A DNA stretch of 62,892 bases, counting the filler, from Asterionella formosa (Eukaryota): assembly GCA_002256025.1 (NCBI GenBank). It is 21 parts of 21 records of this genome, joined end to end, with 100 filler letters (N's around TTAATTAATTAA, not from the genome) between each part and the next. Parts side by side here need not be neighbours in the genome. Positions count along the whole stretch, not along the records: positions 31,020 to 32,698 come from NKIB01001525.1; positions 32,799 to 34,477 come from NKIB01001526.1; positions 34,578 to 36,248 come from NKIB01001527.1; positions 36,349 to 38,027 come from NKIB01001528.1; positions 38,128 to 39,805 come from NKIB01001529.1; positions 39,906 to 41,582 come from NKIB01001530.1; positions 41,683 to 43,359 come from NKIB01001531.1; positions 43,460 to 45,136 come from NKIB01001532.1; 13 more parts are not named here. One strand, given 5' to 3'. Both the position numbers and the translations under genes were made by a program. How positions within the stretch are numbered: position 1 is the stretch's first letter; every line of letters begins with the position of its first letter. Shown in pieces: positions 31,113 to 43,801 of this stretch. The notes under the pieces were generated by a model. It had not been told where the DNA came from. It was given only the letters and a program-made list of their open reading frames with translations, and did no database searches.

Positions 31113-32698
31113 ATGACGACGGGTATTACGACAACTCGGCGGTTCTTCAATTCGTCCTTGACCTGGTTTCTTTCTAAGCCAACTAACCGCCTAAAGGGAT
31201 CACGTTTTCTCGGAAACTGTTCCTTTTTGACAACAGCATGCAGATCTCATACATCTCCTATGAACGCGTTAAGAGGGCGAATAGCATTTGCTTGCTTGCA
31301 ACCATTGCGACCATTTTCAAATCGTAGTGGAAACAGTTTTAAACTAGATGCGTTGACCTTTAGTGTTTCACCAGACGAGGCCCTGGCTCAATTCGAAAAA
31401 TGGGCGCATACAGACCAGGGCTTGAAGTATTTTCTGCAATGGAGTAATGTACGCATTGGAGCATCCTACGTCCCAGTGTGGTCTTTTGATATCAATGTTC
31501 GCTTCGTGTTGTTCGAAGGTGCAACAAAGAGATTTGATTGGAAGCCGTCGATATTCTCAGTATACGGGGATCAAAGCATCATTCACGTTCCAGGACTATC
31601 GGCATATGCTGGGCATGAATACCGTCGATCTCTCATCAACCCAGTACACAACACCACATTGGTCTTCATGGGGGACAAGACGCAACCGTTTGGAAATTGG
31701 ATGTTACGTGATATGGAGCTGAGTAACGGTGAAATTCTGCAGGTGCTTCCAGATCCTTGGAACACAACCAAAGCAAGAGCGTTTCATGTTATTCAAGAAG
31801 ATTTAGAAGTCATTGCAAAAACGGAGGCACCAGGTGAAGTGCAAGTCCAGACGGAAGTGTTGCGGGGCAGGCGAGTATATATGCCTACCTATGTAATTGA
31901 TTACAGCATATTGGGTATGAAGTACCGCGCCTTTGTTTCTGGTTGTGACGCCGGGGCCGGCGTATCAGGAGCTTCGCACAAGGTTTGGTCCACTTCAACT
32001 TCAAACGAAACTCTGCAACAAGGTGCTCACTCGTTTTTGACAAACGCATCCAGAATTGCCCAGGTGAGTGCCAGAGCCCTTGGACCTAGAGGATTGGGCG
32101 CAGCCATCACTATTGTTCTGCAGTTTGTTGGAAGCGTTGTTGTTCGACTTATGGCAAGAATCCCTTTCATAGCCGCAATTGGCGGAGTTTTTGTTGGATT
32201 TCGAAAGATCATCCAACCTTGGATGGATAATAAATCTGCAGACGCCGCTTGGGAACATCAACGTGAACGGGAACGAGTTGATTCATTGATTCAGAAAAGT
32301 GACGACTTCTACGACAACGGCAGTGCGCAACAGTATTACCAACAACACCAGAGTAGAATTTTAAAACACTTGAGTGGGGAATATGAACATGAACAGGGAG
32401 ACTATGGTTTCTATAAAGCTTGGGAAGCATGGGCTCGTCAACAATGGCAACAGGAGCAGCAGCAATATAGAGGTGGACAAGAACAAACATATGGACAACA
32501 AAATCAACAGCAGCAGCAGCAGCAACAACAACATCGAAAGGCAAAAAAGGCAACGAAACCAGAATTCCGATGGGATTTTGATCCCAATGACCCATTTTCA
32601 GTTTTGGGTATTCACCAAAGTGCAACCAAGAGTGAGATTGCAGCGGCCTTTCGTCGCGAGATGCTGAAACACCACCCTGATGTTCAGACTGGAGCTAC
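31113..32698 (+). CDS. Protein with a C-terminal DnaJ domain (3'-partial)
   Basis: DPFSVLGI...EIAAAFRREMLKHHPD at the end, preceded by a Q-rich linker and a hydrophobic segment. The R/S/F-rich N-terminus resembles a mitochondrial presequence. Confidence 0.8.
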
Positions 32699-34370
32699 NN
32701 NNNNNNNNNNNNNNNNNNNNNNNNNNNNNNNNNNNNNNNNNNTTAATTAATTAANNNNNNNNNNNNNNNNNNNNNNNNNNNNNNNNNNNNNNNNNNNNAT
32801 CCCCCCTATTCTCCCCCCTTGGCCTGGAGTTGACAATTGTGCTGGCACATAAGGGGGAAATTGAAATTCCAGCCGCACTGCCTTGCATGCTTCGGGCAAG
32901 GAAGAATATGAAGGGTGGCTGGCTGAGAGGAGAAATATGAAGGAAGCGACGAAACAAGGAGGCGGAAGCGGAAGCGGAAGCGGAGCAAGGTGGAGGCAAA
33001 GGTGGAGAAGCAAACAAGCAATCAAACAAAAAATTCTCGCTTGGCTGACATCTGTCATAGTAGTAATACCAAACCAGTAGCCTGATGTAAGCAGAACACT
33101 AATTAGTGACTAACGTAAATAATCCCTATATAAACCTATATCAAACCATCATCAAAATGAATGAAAGTAAGATTATTGACACAAAAACTGAAATAATATT
33201 TGAGTTAAAAGGCAAACGCATTATTATTTAAGGTTTAAAAAATGAAAACAATGAATAATAAATGGGTAGATGATGCAACGGACAAATAATATTGTGGCAG
33301 GAAAAAGCTTTAGAGTGAACAATAGGGTAATCGAAACCAGAATTTGAATATAAAATTTTCTTCAGGTACGTAGTAAAAAATATGTATTGATAGTCATACA
33401 AAACGACCATAATCATCAACTTTAAAAACTTCATATCTCTTGAATTATGAAGCTTCATTACTAATTAAACAGACCTATTGAAAGCGGAGAGCCTGTTCTA
33501 CATTCAGCTACGTACTTGATTTGTTGTCACAATGAAATTTGACTAAAATAGTTTGAGTCGAAACATGGGGTAAACTTTATATGACTCTCAGTTTTTAGGT
33601 GGTACCGGTAGGGGTGGTGATCTATGTGAGGGTTTATCGTGATACCCCAAAGGTAATAAATATTTGTAATTTACAGGTATATCATGTGATTTTACCTTGC
33701 ATACTGAATACGTATGTATACTGACGACCGGTAGCAGGTACCAGTACCAAGTCCCAGGTACCCAGTACGATGGTGTGTACACAATTTGAACAAAAGTTAC
33801 CTACCAGTGCAACAACGCCCTACTGCTACATAATGAACATAACGGTAAGCAATTTTTAGGGTTTGATCACATATGGCTGGTTTGATTAAATATTTACGGA
33901 CAAATATTCGCAATATTCGGACTTTCCCGGAAATCCCAGGGAAATGAGCGGAGTGCATTACCATGGTACCGGTACTTATACTATAATACCAAAGAAGTTG
34001 AATCATTTTTTTGGTGCGTCACAATTTTTACTCCTAATATTTAATGCAAAAGAAAATCTATACTAAGGCCTACGTATCCTACTATATTGATCTTCAGGTT
34101 GCAACCAGCCTTAGGCCACTCAGTAGAATGCTGGCTCGCAAGAAGAGGTCATACGCACTATACCAGGGCCTTTAGTAGAAGTCGACGATGACAAGAGTAC
34201 CATGACAGCAACGAAAGCAAATACCGCCGGTAGTAGAATTGTTTCAGTCACAACATTCCTCACCCTTGTTGAATGATTGACAGAAGGTTCTCCTCCTCTC
34301 CTCTCCTCTCCTCTCACTTCCATTGTCTTGTACATCCAACCAGGAATCCACCACCATCAGTTAGAAAACA

Positions 34371-34477
34371 ATGAAGGTTTGGTTCCAGTTGTTCCTTGAA
34401 AACGCAGGACTATTGCCAGTTTATGTCACGTTGAAGAAGAATGATGTCATTGCTGACTTGATGGAAGCTGTGAAGAT
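34371..34477 (+). CDS. 5' fragment of a possible Crinkler(CRN)-like protein
   Basis: MKVWFQLFLENAGLLPVYVTLKKNDVIADLMEAVK runs off the contig and resembles the VWFQL...V.L...DV.D...AVK CRN header pattern. Confidence 0.4.
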
Positions 34478-34577
34478 NNNNNNNNNNNNNNNNNNNNNNN
34501 NNNNNNNNNNNNNNNNNNNNNTTAATTAATTAANNNNNNNNNNNNNNNNNNNNNNNNNNNNNNNNNNNNNNNNNNNN

Positions 34578-36248
34578 TTTATTGGTGACACATTTCGCAA
34601 ACGTCCTGGACCAGCATCGTGGAGCTTGTACTATCCCGTACATAGCCTTCACAAGCTTGCAAACATGTGTATCGGAATCGACTCCGATCAAACCTTGAGG
34701 GGGCTCAATATAAATGTCCTCATCGACGTCAGCATTTAGAAATGCTGCTTCCACATCAATAGCCTCCGCTCGCCAACCGTTGTACATCGTCACTGCGAGT
34801 ACCGTTTTGATTGTCGCATCGCTTGCAACTGGAGCAAATGTCTCAGTAAAATCGACACCTGGGATTTGCTCATATCCCTTCACGACCAATCTTGCCTTGT
34901 AAATGGTCTTCCCGGTTAACACATCTTCTTTAATTCGAAACACCCATCTCGTTTTTAGTGTTCGCTTCTTAACAGTATCACGTTTGACAACTTTCCACAC
35001 TCCTCTCGACTGGAAGTTTTCATATTCTTTGTTGATCGCCTTGATCCACTCTTTCTTGTCTGGTCTTGCCATTGCTTCATCGTAGCTTGTTGGTAATCCT
35101 GGATCAGAAGCCAAACTTGCGTTGTACACAAAATTCACCTGTGTATTCTTCGTAATTTCCTTCATGTTATCCTCCTCGATAACACCAGGCATCTCAGTTC
35201 TCCTGAAATTTTCACAATTTTCGTACTCGTAGGATTGAACGATGAGTCCAATCTTCGCATTTCACGTGCCAACTTCGCTTGCTTAGACTGAGCGCTTTCC
35301 GCACGTTTAGCCTTCACAATTGGGGTATTGGTACCTGTAACCTCATCTTTCGTAGTACCATCTATCTTAGTTGATTGTTCAGTTTTCCTCCCCAATTCTT
35401 GCTTGTCATCATCTTCATCTTCATTATCGGACACTTCTCGAGGTTCGAACTCGTCGTAAAAATCGTCATGTAACTCTTCATTATCTTCTCCTACTGATAT
35501 CTCCGTATCCTGTTGGTTGATGACTGGTTTGAACATTTTCTCTAGTCCATCCGTTTGTTCCATGCCACTCACTCCACTTTACGTCACGTGTATTGACCAC
35601 AGTATTTGTCTCGTGATTAGACATGCGATACGTATCTTGAGAGTGGTCATCTGAGTATCCCAAAAAGACACACTTGATGGAACGTGCATCTAATTTCTTG
35701 ACACCTTCTCTTATAGTAACCCAACCAACACGTCCAAATTGCCTGTAGAGCTTGTAGGGCCTCCTTGTATTCGTTTCTCCATAGAACACATCATCAGGAC
35801 TCTTCTTAGTCACTGAATTCACTGTACTGTTTGTCAATCTTGTCGCAGTATGTACCGCTTCTGCCCACAATAGCCCCTGATATTCATCTGTAAACTTCGC
35901 ACTTAGCATCATAGCGAGTGCTCTCTGACGCACTGTAACAAAACCACGTTCCACAACACCGTTGTGCTGCGGAGTATGAGGTGCCGTAAATTCCATCTTG
36001 ACACCTTGGTTTTCGCATACTTTCTTTAGTTGCTTGGAGTTCTCACCTGCGTCATCACATCGGACAAACTTAGTCTTATATCCCGCACCTGCAAGTTTTG
36101 TGAGTAACGCTCCAATGACAATTCCGATGTCACTTTTCTTCTTAATAAAATAACTCCAGCGTTTCCTTGTATAATCGTCCACGGCCATCACCCAATACTG
36201 ATTTCCCACAGCGGATTTTGCGTAGGGTCCGCTAATATCAATAAACAG
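34578..36248 (-). mobile_element. Ty1/copia pol fragment (integrase + reverse transcriptase), two frameshifts
   Basis: Integrase DISGP, VDDYTR, RCDDAGE, APHTPQHNGVVER; RT YKARLVVKGYEQIPGVDFTETFAPV, DVEAAFLN, LVKAMYGIVQAPRCW. Integrase precedes RT. Confidence 0.95.
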
Positions 36249-36721
36249 NNNNNNNNNNNNNNNNNNNNNNNNNNNNNNNNNNNNNNNNNNNNTTAATTAA
36301 TTAANNNNNNNNNNNNNNNNNNNNNNNNNNNNNNNNNNNNNNNNNNNNATAACATGGAAAATACAATCGTAAAAGAAGTAAAGTAATAACACTAATAATG
36401 ACAACGAAAATTGAGATCGCCGATAACAACATGAAGTCGCGTTTTTCTTGCGAGGTGAAGAACTCTCTCATTTTTCACAAGACGGAAATAATTGTCATAT
36501 TAATACATCTTAGAAAAATGTGCGCTATCCTGTAGAACTAAAGAAATTTACTTAGGTCCATTATAAGGGAAATCTCTTCATTGTCCTGGGCCCCCCTTAA
36601 GTAAAATCAGTCAAATTCAGTCACGGCAGTGTACATTGGGGGGTCCAGGACAATGAAGTATACGGTACCGGTACGGTACCCCGGAGGACCAGGTACCAAG
36701 TACGGTATGGTACTAGGTACT

Positions 36722-37620
36722 AGGTACCTGGTACAAGTAAAAAACTGCTGTGACCCACTAAAAAAAATTGGAACCGCTGTGACCCACTGAACAGGAGAAA
36801 AACACGGTTTGACCCCACCAAATGCCAATATGTTAATTTTAAAACTTCGACCCAGATCCTGACCATCTACGCTTTAAGGATATGCCATTAGATATAAGTT
36901 TATAGCAATTTGTCTCTCCTAAAATATAGGTTGAAAAGTGCAATCGACGAAAATATTGCCAGAACACGGATTACCCCATGTTTTAAGGATTGATTGTTTT
37001 GTGATATACGCAACTATATACAAAAATTTTGCCTATGATTCTTGTCATAAACATATCCCTATCCTATGACATTGATTAAGTAACTTCAGCATGCATAAAC
37101 GGGCGCGCCAAGGTCGACCCACATACTATCAGCCCCCGTACAACAATTCGAAGAAAGTGTGCACCGGTACCGGTACATACCAGTATGTGGTGACGGCTGA
37201 ATGCATTTGTGTGTGATTGTGATGTACCGGGATGTACCGGTATGTACCGGTGGTACCCTGGTACAGCAGGTACTCGGATAAATCTGGATTCGAAAATTTT
37301 TCTTAAAAGTAATTTTGCGAAACCAAACGGGGTAATCCGTGATCGTAATGGTATATAAAATTATCAACAACTATACATAAAAATTTAAGTACGGCTGTGA
37401 CCCATTACCGGCAAATTTTGTCCACATAAAAGGGTTCGTATCTCAGTACCTCGACCTTCAATGAGAATATCGACAGATCCACAACCTGCTGACTCCTTTG
37501 GTTAACAAGACATACAAGTTTGATTCTCGCAAGACATGGAATAGGTTTAGTCGAACTAATCAAACGAATAGGAGAACTCAGTGGGTCACAGCAGTTCTTT
37601 ACTGGTATCAGGTACCAGCA
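36722..37620. mobile_element. MITE-like non-autonomous element with terminal inverted repeats
   Basis: AACTGCTGTGACCCACT (36743-36759) pairs perfectly with AGTGGGTCACAGCAGTT (37580-37596) and extends imperfectly to about 38 bp. Extra copies of the motif lie near 36775 and 37392. Internal IR CACGGATTACCCC/GGGGTAATCCGTG. Confidence 0.6.
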
Positions 37621-38127
37621 CCAGGTTGTTTCACAACCCATCTCTTGTACTGTATATTTATACCGGTAGACTACCAGGGTACCAGGTGCCAGGTATCTAG
37701 TACATTGTGAACCTTGTTGAGGATGATTCGCTTGTCGTGCCGTTGTCGTTATATGCAACACAAATAATATGGATAGCCAATACACACGTGATCAGCAACA
37801 TTCTCATGCATGTACAGGTAATATGTATACCTGGTACCAGGTACCGGTATATCATACACCGGCATGAATTAATAGCTATGTGTATTACCGGTATGCCTTT
37901 GATTCAACGATGTTCTCGATGCATCGATAGAAAACCAAAAGCATGCGAACGGCACAAGAAGCGAAGGCGGCGTTCTGACTGCTACGTTACCTGATACCAG
38001 GTAACATGTATACATGTAGCTATTTTTNNNNNNNNNNNNNNNNNNNNNNNNNNNNNNNNNNNNNNNNNNNNTTAATTAATTAANNNNNNNNNNNNNNNNN
38101 NNNNNNNNNNNNNNNNNNNNNNNNNNN

Positions 38128-39074
38128 GACCCCTCCTGTAAAAAAGGCGAAAAAGAATAAGGCACAGGCAAAGTCAACCCCTCCAGATGCTGTGACCTGC
38201 ATCAACACATACTTCCGTGTCATTAATGTCTACATGTGCAACAAGCATCGCAGTGATTTTTTGCGTCTAGGTCAGCCACCAACTCTGGCTGAACTTGATG
38301 CAAGAAGATTTCGACACAAGTTCATTTTTGATCGACTTGTTGTCACATAGCTATAATGATGATGAGGATGACGACTGCATCATTCTAGCATTTCCCGAAG
38401 ATGAATACTGGGACCAAGTTGGAATTGATGCTGACTACGCAAAAAAATATGATGTCCTCACTTCCAAAGACTTTTCATTGGTAATGGGATACATTAATCA
38501 TCATTATCAAGTTGCCTATCGAAAAAACAAACAATCAGGCAATCATGATGATTTTGTCAAATTTGTTGGGTCACGTCATTTCCTATATTACTACCATCTT
38601 TGGTTGTGTCAAGTTCCACATCTATTGAATTTTGCTGTACCACTGTGACCAAAATATGCCTTCCGTGAGAGTATAGACATTGACGATACTGCCACCACAT
38701 TGTCATCAAAATCAAAAAATTCAAGCAATTTCAGTGTTAGAAAGAAGGGAAGACATGCAATCTTGACGCAAAAACCTACATCATCTTCTCAAAATCTTGC
38801 AAGTGCATTGGAATCATTTGAGAAGTCAAATGATGCAAAACTCAGACTGCTAGAGTCTACAACTGCACCACGCAGAGAAAATGATCTACTGGATGTCTTG
38901 GATAAGTATAAGGTCCGACTAAGAGTTGCGCGGGAGGAACTGGAAGAACTCGAAAATAAAGATTATGACTCTTCAAGTTCTGACATTGTCCAAGCTCGTT
39001 TAGAAATTGCATTGTGTAAAAGAAAGCGTGATCAGGTCTTTAATCTCTTGTCTCAAGGTGACACATTGAAATGA
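38128..39074 (+). pseudogene. Probable PIF/Harbinger accessory ORF (frameshift and in-frame TGA at 38646)
   Basis: ORFs 38295-38648 and 38700-39074 share a frame and lie convergent with the Harbinger transposase, matching the two-gene Harbinger layout. Confidence 0.55.
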
Positions 39075-39129
39075 ATATTTTTTTTCAACAATCAATTATA
39101 ATCTACATTAAATTTAATTCATGTAATTC

Positions 39130-39805
39130 CAACCTTTTTCTTTCAATATTACCTGGAGGTACAAACCCATGTTAGCAATTCTTTCAAGAATAACATCTCG
39201 AATGACAGAAGTACCAGGCATTACATCCAATTTCTCAACCGTTGGCAAATATCCCCAACCAAGTGGAGAAGTGTAGACTGGGGTGATTTCAGCTAAAATC
39301 TCCTGGATGTCATCTGCCTCATCACTTCCAGATAACCCAGAAATATCCTTATCAACTTTTTTCGTCTATGACATAATTGTGCAAACGTGCACATACCTCA
39401 AGCACTTTTGCAGTTGTTTCCAAGCCAGTTGTTAAGTTTCTTTTTAGAACAGCCCATTTTGTCTGTAACAAACCAAATGCCATCTCTATCCTAATCCGTA
39501 GCTGGGAAAGAAAGAAATTATAGGCATCTTGTGTTTGGTCATCACGCTGAGAACCAACAAATGGAACTAACATGACATCTGACAATGTATATGCTGCATC
39601 ACCAACAAGATAAAAACCAGAATCAAATAATGCAGTTTTGTTGGGTAGAGCAGTTCTCTCAAATGCAACTTGATCACTGCATCGTCCAGGAGCAATCACC
39701 CCAAAAAATATAAATCTACTCTCAACATCACAGATAGCCTGAACATTGATACCATAAGTCATGTAATGTCCAGAATAAAAAGCTCCTGGATTGTTTCCAC
39801 AGTCA
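39130..39805 (-). mobile_element. PIF/Harbinger DDE transposase (DDE_Tnp_4), partial
   Basis: YGINVQAICD, APGRCSD, YLVGDAAY, YNFFLSQLRIRIEMAFGLL..KW and CARLHNY. Confidence 0.9.
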
Positions 39806-39905
39806 NNNNNNNNNNNNNNNNNNNNNNNNNNNNNNNNNNNNNNNNNNNNTTAATTAATTAANNNNNNNNNNNNNNNNNNNNNNNNNNNNNNNNNNNNNNN
39901 NNNNN

Positions 39906-40223
39906 GTTGATTTTGTTGTAGCGAAGGCCTAGATCATATGGATCAAGAGGTGCTTTGGTGGCAGGCGGCTTAGGCGTCGGTTTGTCTTTGTCGTCCTTGA
40001 AAGGTGGCTTCACTTTGGGCGGCTCAGGTGCTGCTTTGTATTCGTCGTCCTTGACAGGCGGCTTCACTTCGACGGGTGGTGGTTTGGACGACTTGGAATG
40101 CCCTTTTCCTCCTCCCTTCTTGTTTTTACCCTTGCTCTTACCAAGTGTGCGCCGAAACTGCTGCTCGGCAGCGGATGCATTTCCAAGCAAGCTGAGCAGC
40201 ACAATCAACTGGAATGCTTTCAT
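39906..40223 (-). CDS. Secreted K/P-rich protein with an RXL motif (3'-partial), candidate cell-wall/biosilica protein
   Basis: Signal peptide MKAFQLIVLLSLLGNASA, then FRRTL, GKSKGKNKKGGGKGHSKSSK and Pro-rich KPP repeats. Confidence 0.7.
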
Positions 40224-41356
40224 CGTGTCTCGTGAAGTGACTACGGTAAATAAAAGGAATAGGTCCTTCAAAATCGTATGGTATGTAGTTAATGTGATTG
40301 TTGAAGGTTCAACCCTAACGGGCCAAAGATGACGTTGAAAATGAATCAACCAACAATCAAATAATCTCGTCGCTCATTATGGATGATGACGGACCATTTT
40401 TGGGCGATTGTATGATACACGTAGTTTCTGCATAGAAGTTAAGTGTTATTTATATTATTCGGGATGTATATAAATAGATCGCTGATCTAGTGGTTGAAAG
40501 AAATACAAGCCAGCCAGGTCAATCCATTTAAATGATAAACATGTACCATTTCTTCGTTGTCGGCGTAGAATGCTCCAACTCCGATATAAGAACGATAAGT
40601 TTGCGACGAAAAACTTCTGGTATATAAAGCAATCTATAACGGTACTCTCACACACATGTTTCCTAGGTATGTGCCTGTCTGATAGGTCTTGAAGTTATCG
40701 GGTCATGCAAAGTAGTTATTACACTCTCGTACCGGTATACGAAAGATGTGACACGCGTATTATGATTATTATTATTACAGTCCTGTATAATATTACAAAG
40801 ACTGTGTGTGCTTCGCTTAGACCTTGTTATCAGGACTTCGTTTCCGCGGATTGCCGGTACGTAGATATAAATATATATACCGGTATAAATACACAACAAC
40901 GCCGGACGTCAACCTCAATTTTTGGGAAATGTTTCGGTATCGGATACACGGTAGCCATCTTCGTTACACTGTGTATTCTCACCATCTCAGATACCGTACT
41001 TGTGGAACACGATATGACATGGATTTATCATGTAAAATTTCAATCATGGTGGGCATGTTAACATATATGCAGCGTCGATTTTTATCTAAAAGGCTCGTCG
41101 AATGGTGTTGGAAAATCTTCTGCTTCTTGGGCCAACTCCTCCAGCCTAGTGTTCAGTTCAGCCCCTGATTTCCCCAAGGTTGAATATTTTGTCTTTCTAT
41201 TTTTGGTCGACCTATATTTGTGGTGCATTTTCAACCACACACCCCCACACAGACAGTTGAGATCGATAATCACATCGCCCTTTACAATAAATAGCTAGGA
41301 ACAGTCCCACCAGGCAAACATGCTGGATTAAGTATCTCCTTTTATTGTTACTGATC

Positions 41357-41582
41357 CTACCTAAATTCAAACGGAGCAGTGATTTCAGTATCAGCAAGAA
41401 CAGCCTTAATTTCTTCGGAAGCAGCAATGACCTTGTCCTTATGCTGGTTACAAATACGGGAGAGCTCGTTGGGGTTTCCAAAGTTGTAGTCATTCTTGTT
41501 GATAATGATAGGCACTCCACGGCTCATGTCATTCTGGAGGAGATAGCGATTGAGAAGAGACTCGACAAGCAATTCAGGAGAC
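41357..41582 (-). CDS. 3' end of an unidentified ORF
   Basis: Open frame from the contig edge with protein-like composition; no motif recognised. Confidence 0.35.
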
Positions 41583-41682
41583 NNNNNNNNNNNNNNNNNN
41601 NNNNNNNNNNNNNNNNNNNNNNNNNNTTAATTAATTAANNNNNNNNNNNNNNNNNNNNNNNNNNNNNNNNNNNNNNNNNNNN

Positions 41683-42680
41683 GGTACTACTCCGACTACC
41701 CCCAGTATATCACTTACTACCTGCTACTGGTACCCTGTATGTATAAATGATACATTGTTATTGTCATATGATGTACCGGTACACATGAAGAACTCCCGCC
41801 CCAAAAAGGGGCTTAAACAATTTGCTACCAAAATCTTTGCGTATAAATAATGATACATATGGGTTATGACTTAGTACACAAATTGAATGGTCTAAATAAT
41901 TAGTTCATGATGCAAACAAATTTCAAAAAAACAGTACCGGTACGCGAAGTCGTGGAAAACAATGGACATCGAATTATCTATATGCAAATATGATCATCTC
42001 AACAATACCAGATGTTCCATATTGAGAGTGCCTTTGATTTTTATAAATGTACGACACTTGATATATTTATATATATACAAATTATACATGGCAAATATAT
42101 TTGAAATCGTTCTGTCGTGTTAACAAACAATACCTGCTTCATGAAAAGAAATATCGTAGTAAAGCACATGACAAGGAAGGAAAAGTTTACGCAATAACGA
42201 AAAACATTGTGGCTTCGACACATTGCGCCTTCGAAGGATGGAGTATGTTTAAGGTAATGAAGCCATCAATGTGGTGCTTGGATGAAAATCGTTGGGAGGC
42301 AGGACAACAACAAATTGTAAACTAAACGCATATTTCCTTTTTTCTCATTTGAATCAACAGCTCGTTTCGCTGGTTGGGGAGCACCAATGTAAAACAAAAC
42401 AAAATTGGTAAGTGCTCTTATCATTGGAATTATTCACTTCTGATGGAACATCACTGACGGACACGCCACTTTACCTTCTCTCAAAGTTAAGCTAACGAAA
42501 ATGAATCGGTAAGTTTTATTTGGGAACATTGGAAACATGAAACTTACTTATTCAAGATTTTACTGACAATTTTTTACTGACAATTTGCTATTACAGACTT
42601 ATACATCACTTGCTTTGATTTGGCTGTGGTAAGTGAAGTAAGCAAAAGGATACGATGGAATGGCCTGATGTTGTGTCAGT
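41683..42680. repeat. ~1-kb dispersed repeat; reverse-complement homolog at 45237-46230
   Basis: GACTACCCCCAGTATATCACTTACTACCTGCTA and AAAAAGGGGCTTAAACAATTTGCTACCAAAA match the reverse complement of 46075-46225. The short ORFs 42041-42223(-) and 45667-45849(+) are homologous. Confidence 0.85.
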
Positions 42681-43786
42681 GTAACATGTCCAGCTAACAA
42701 GTTGTTTCTTCTCATTGTTACTGTAACTGCATAAGACAATAAAACCAATCAAACGGAATAGCCGCGTCTGTAAATAAAAAATATCATGAAAATATGATCA
42801 AGGGTATCGTACGCTAAGTGGCACAGGATTTTCAAATATATGATAATTTTTGGATCAAAAATATGATCAAGGTATCTTGTATCTATGATGATTTATTAAT
42901 ATGTTACCGACCTTGATGTATAATGATAATAAGAACATTATCATCACACAATGTATATAAACTGATCAACAACATTTCCCATCAATATCATAAACCTTCT
43001 CATATTATTTTCACTTCTCGTGATCGCCCGATGTAAATTATAACTACAACGTATCCTAAAACCAGCTCAACTCTATGCTATCATGTGAATTGTTTCATCG
43101 TAAATCTATCATAAACATGATCATAATTCTAATCACAAGCATTGTTCAAAATAGATTAAAATGGATCGTAATTTAACTATCAAGTTAAGCAATGCTATCT
43201 ATTAATCTATATGCCAGTGACCCAACGTTTCGTCTCTCTACTCGGCTCAATGTATATTCCTTTCTTGCTCTTTCTTCCTCTGATCTGAATCGTGTGCAAG
43301 GCAGTGCCTTACTGATGCTGCGTCTCTTTCCCTGCTGTAAGTGTCATTCTGAACTTGCCNNNNNNNNNNNNNNNNNNNNNNNNNNNNNNNNNNNNNNNNN
43401 NNNTTAATTAATTAANNNNNNNNNNNNNNNNNNNNNNNNNNNNNNNNNNNNNNNNNNNNGAAAGTTGTCGATTTTGGTTTCAACAAAACAGCTGTTAACC
43501 ATTTGGCTGACCAACCAGCAAATAATGGCGAATTTGTGTCATGCTGAGAGGGTTTAAACAAAATGACCTTTAAAGACCCTAAAATTACACAAAAGACCTT
43601 AAAAGACTGCTGAAACCCAGAAACGAATGCGAAAACACTGCAAAAGAATTGGAGAACCCGGATATGGGACATTTTTCAAATTATTTTTCTCGAAGACTAG
43701 AGCAATGTTGTTCGGTGGTTGCATGTTGAAATACCACCCTTGTACTGTGCCAGTATTGACAATTAATTCTACCCCCAATACTACCA

Positions 43787-43801
43787 TTTTTTGTCGTAGT
43801 G
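43787..43801 (-). mobile_element. Probable CACTA/EnSpm terminal inverted repeat
   Basis: The reverse complement reads CACTACGACAAAAAA. The partner end is not in the contig. Confidence 0.45.

Noticed and set aside
1..34477. Kinase-LRR, STAND ATPase and CRN-like gene as one immune cluster
   Set aside because: They lie on different contigs, so no physical linkage can be inferred.
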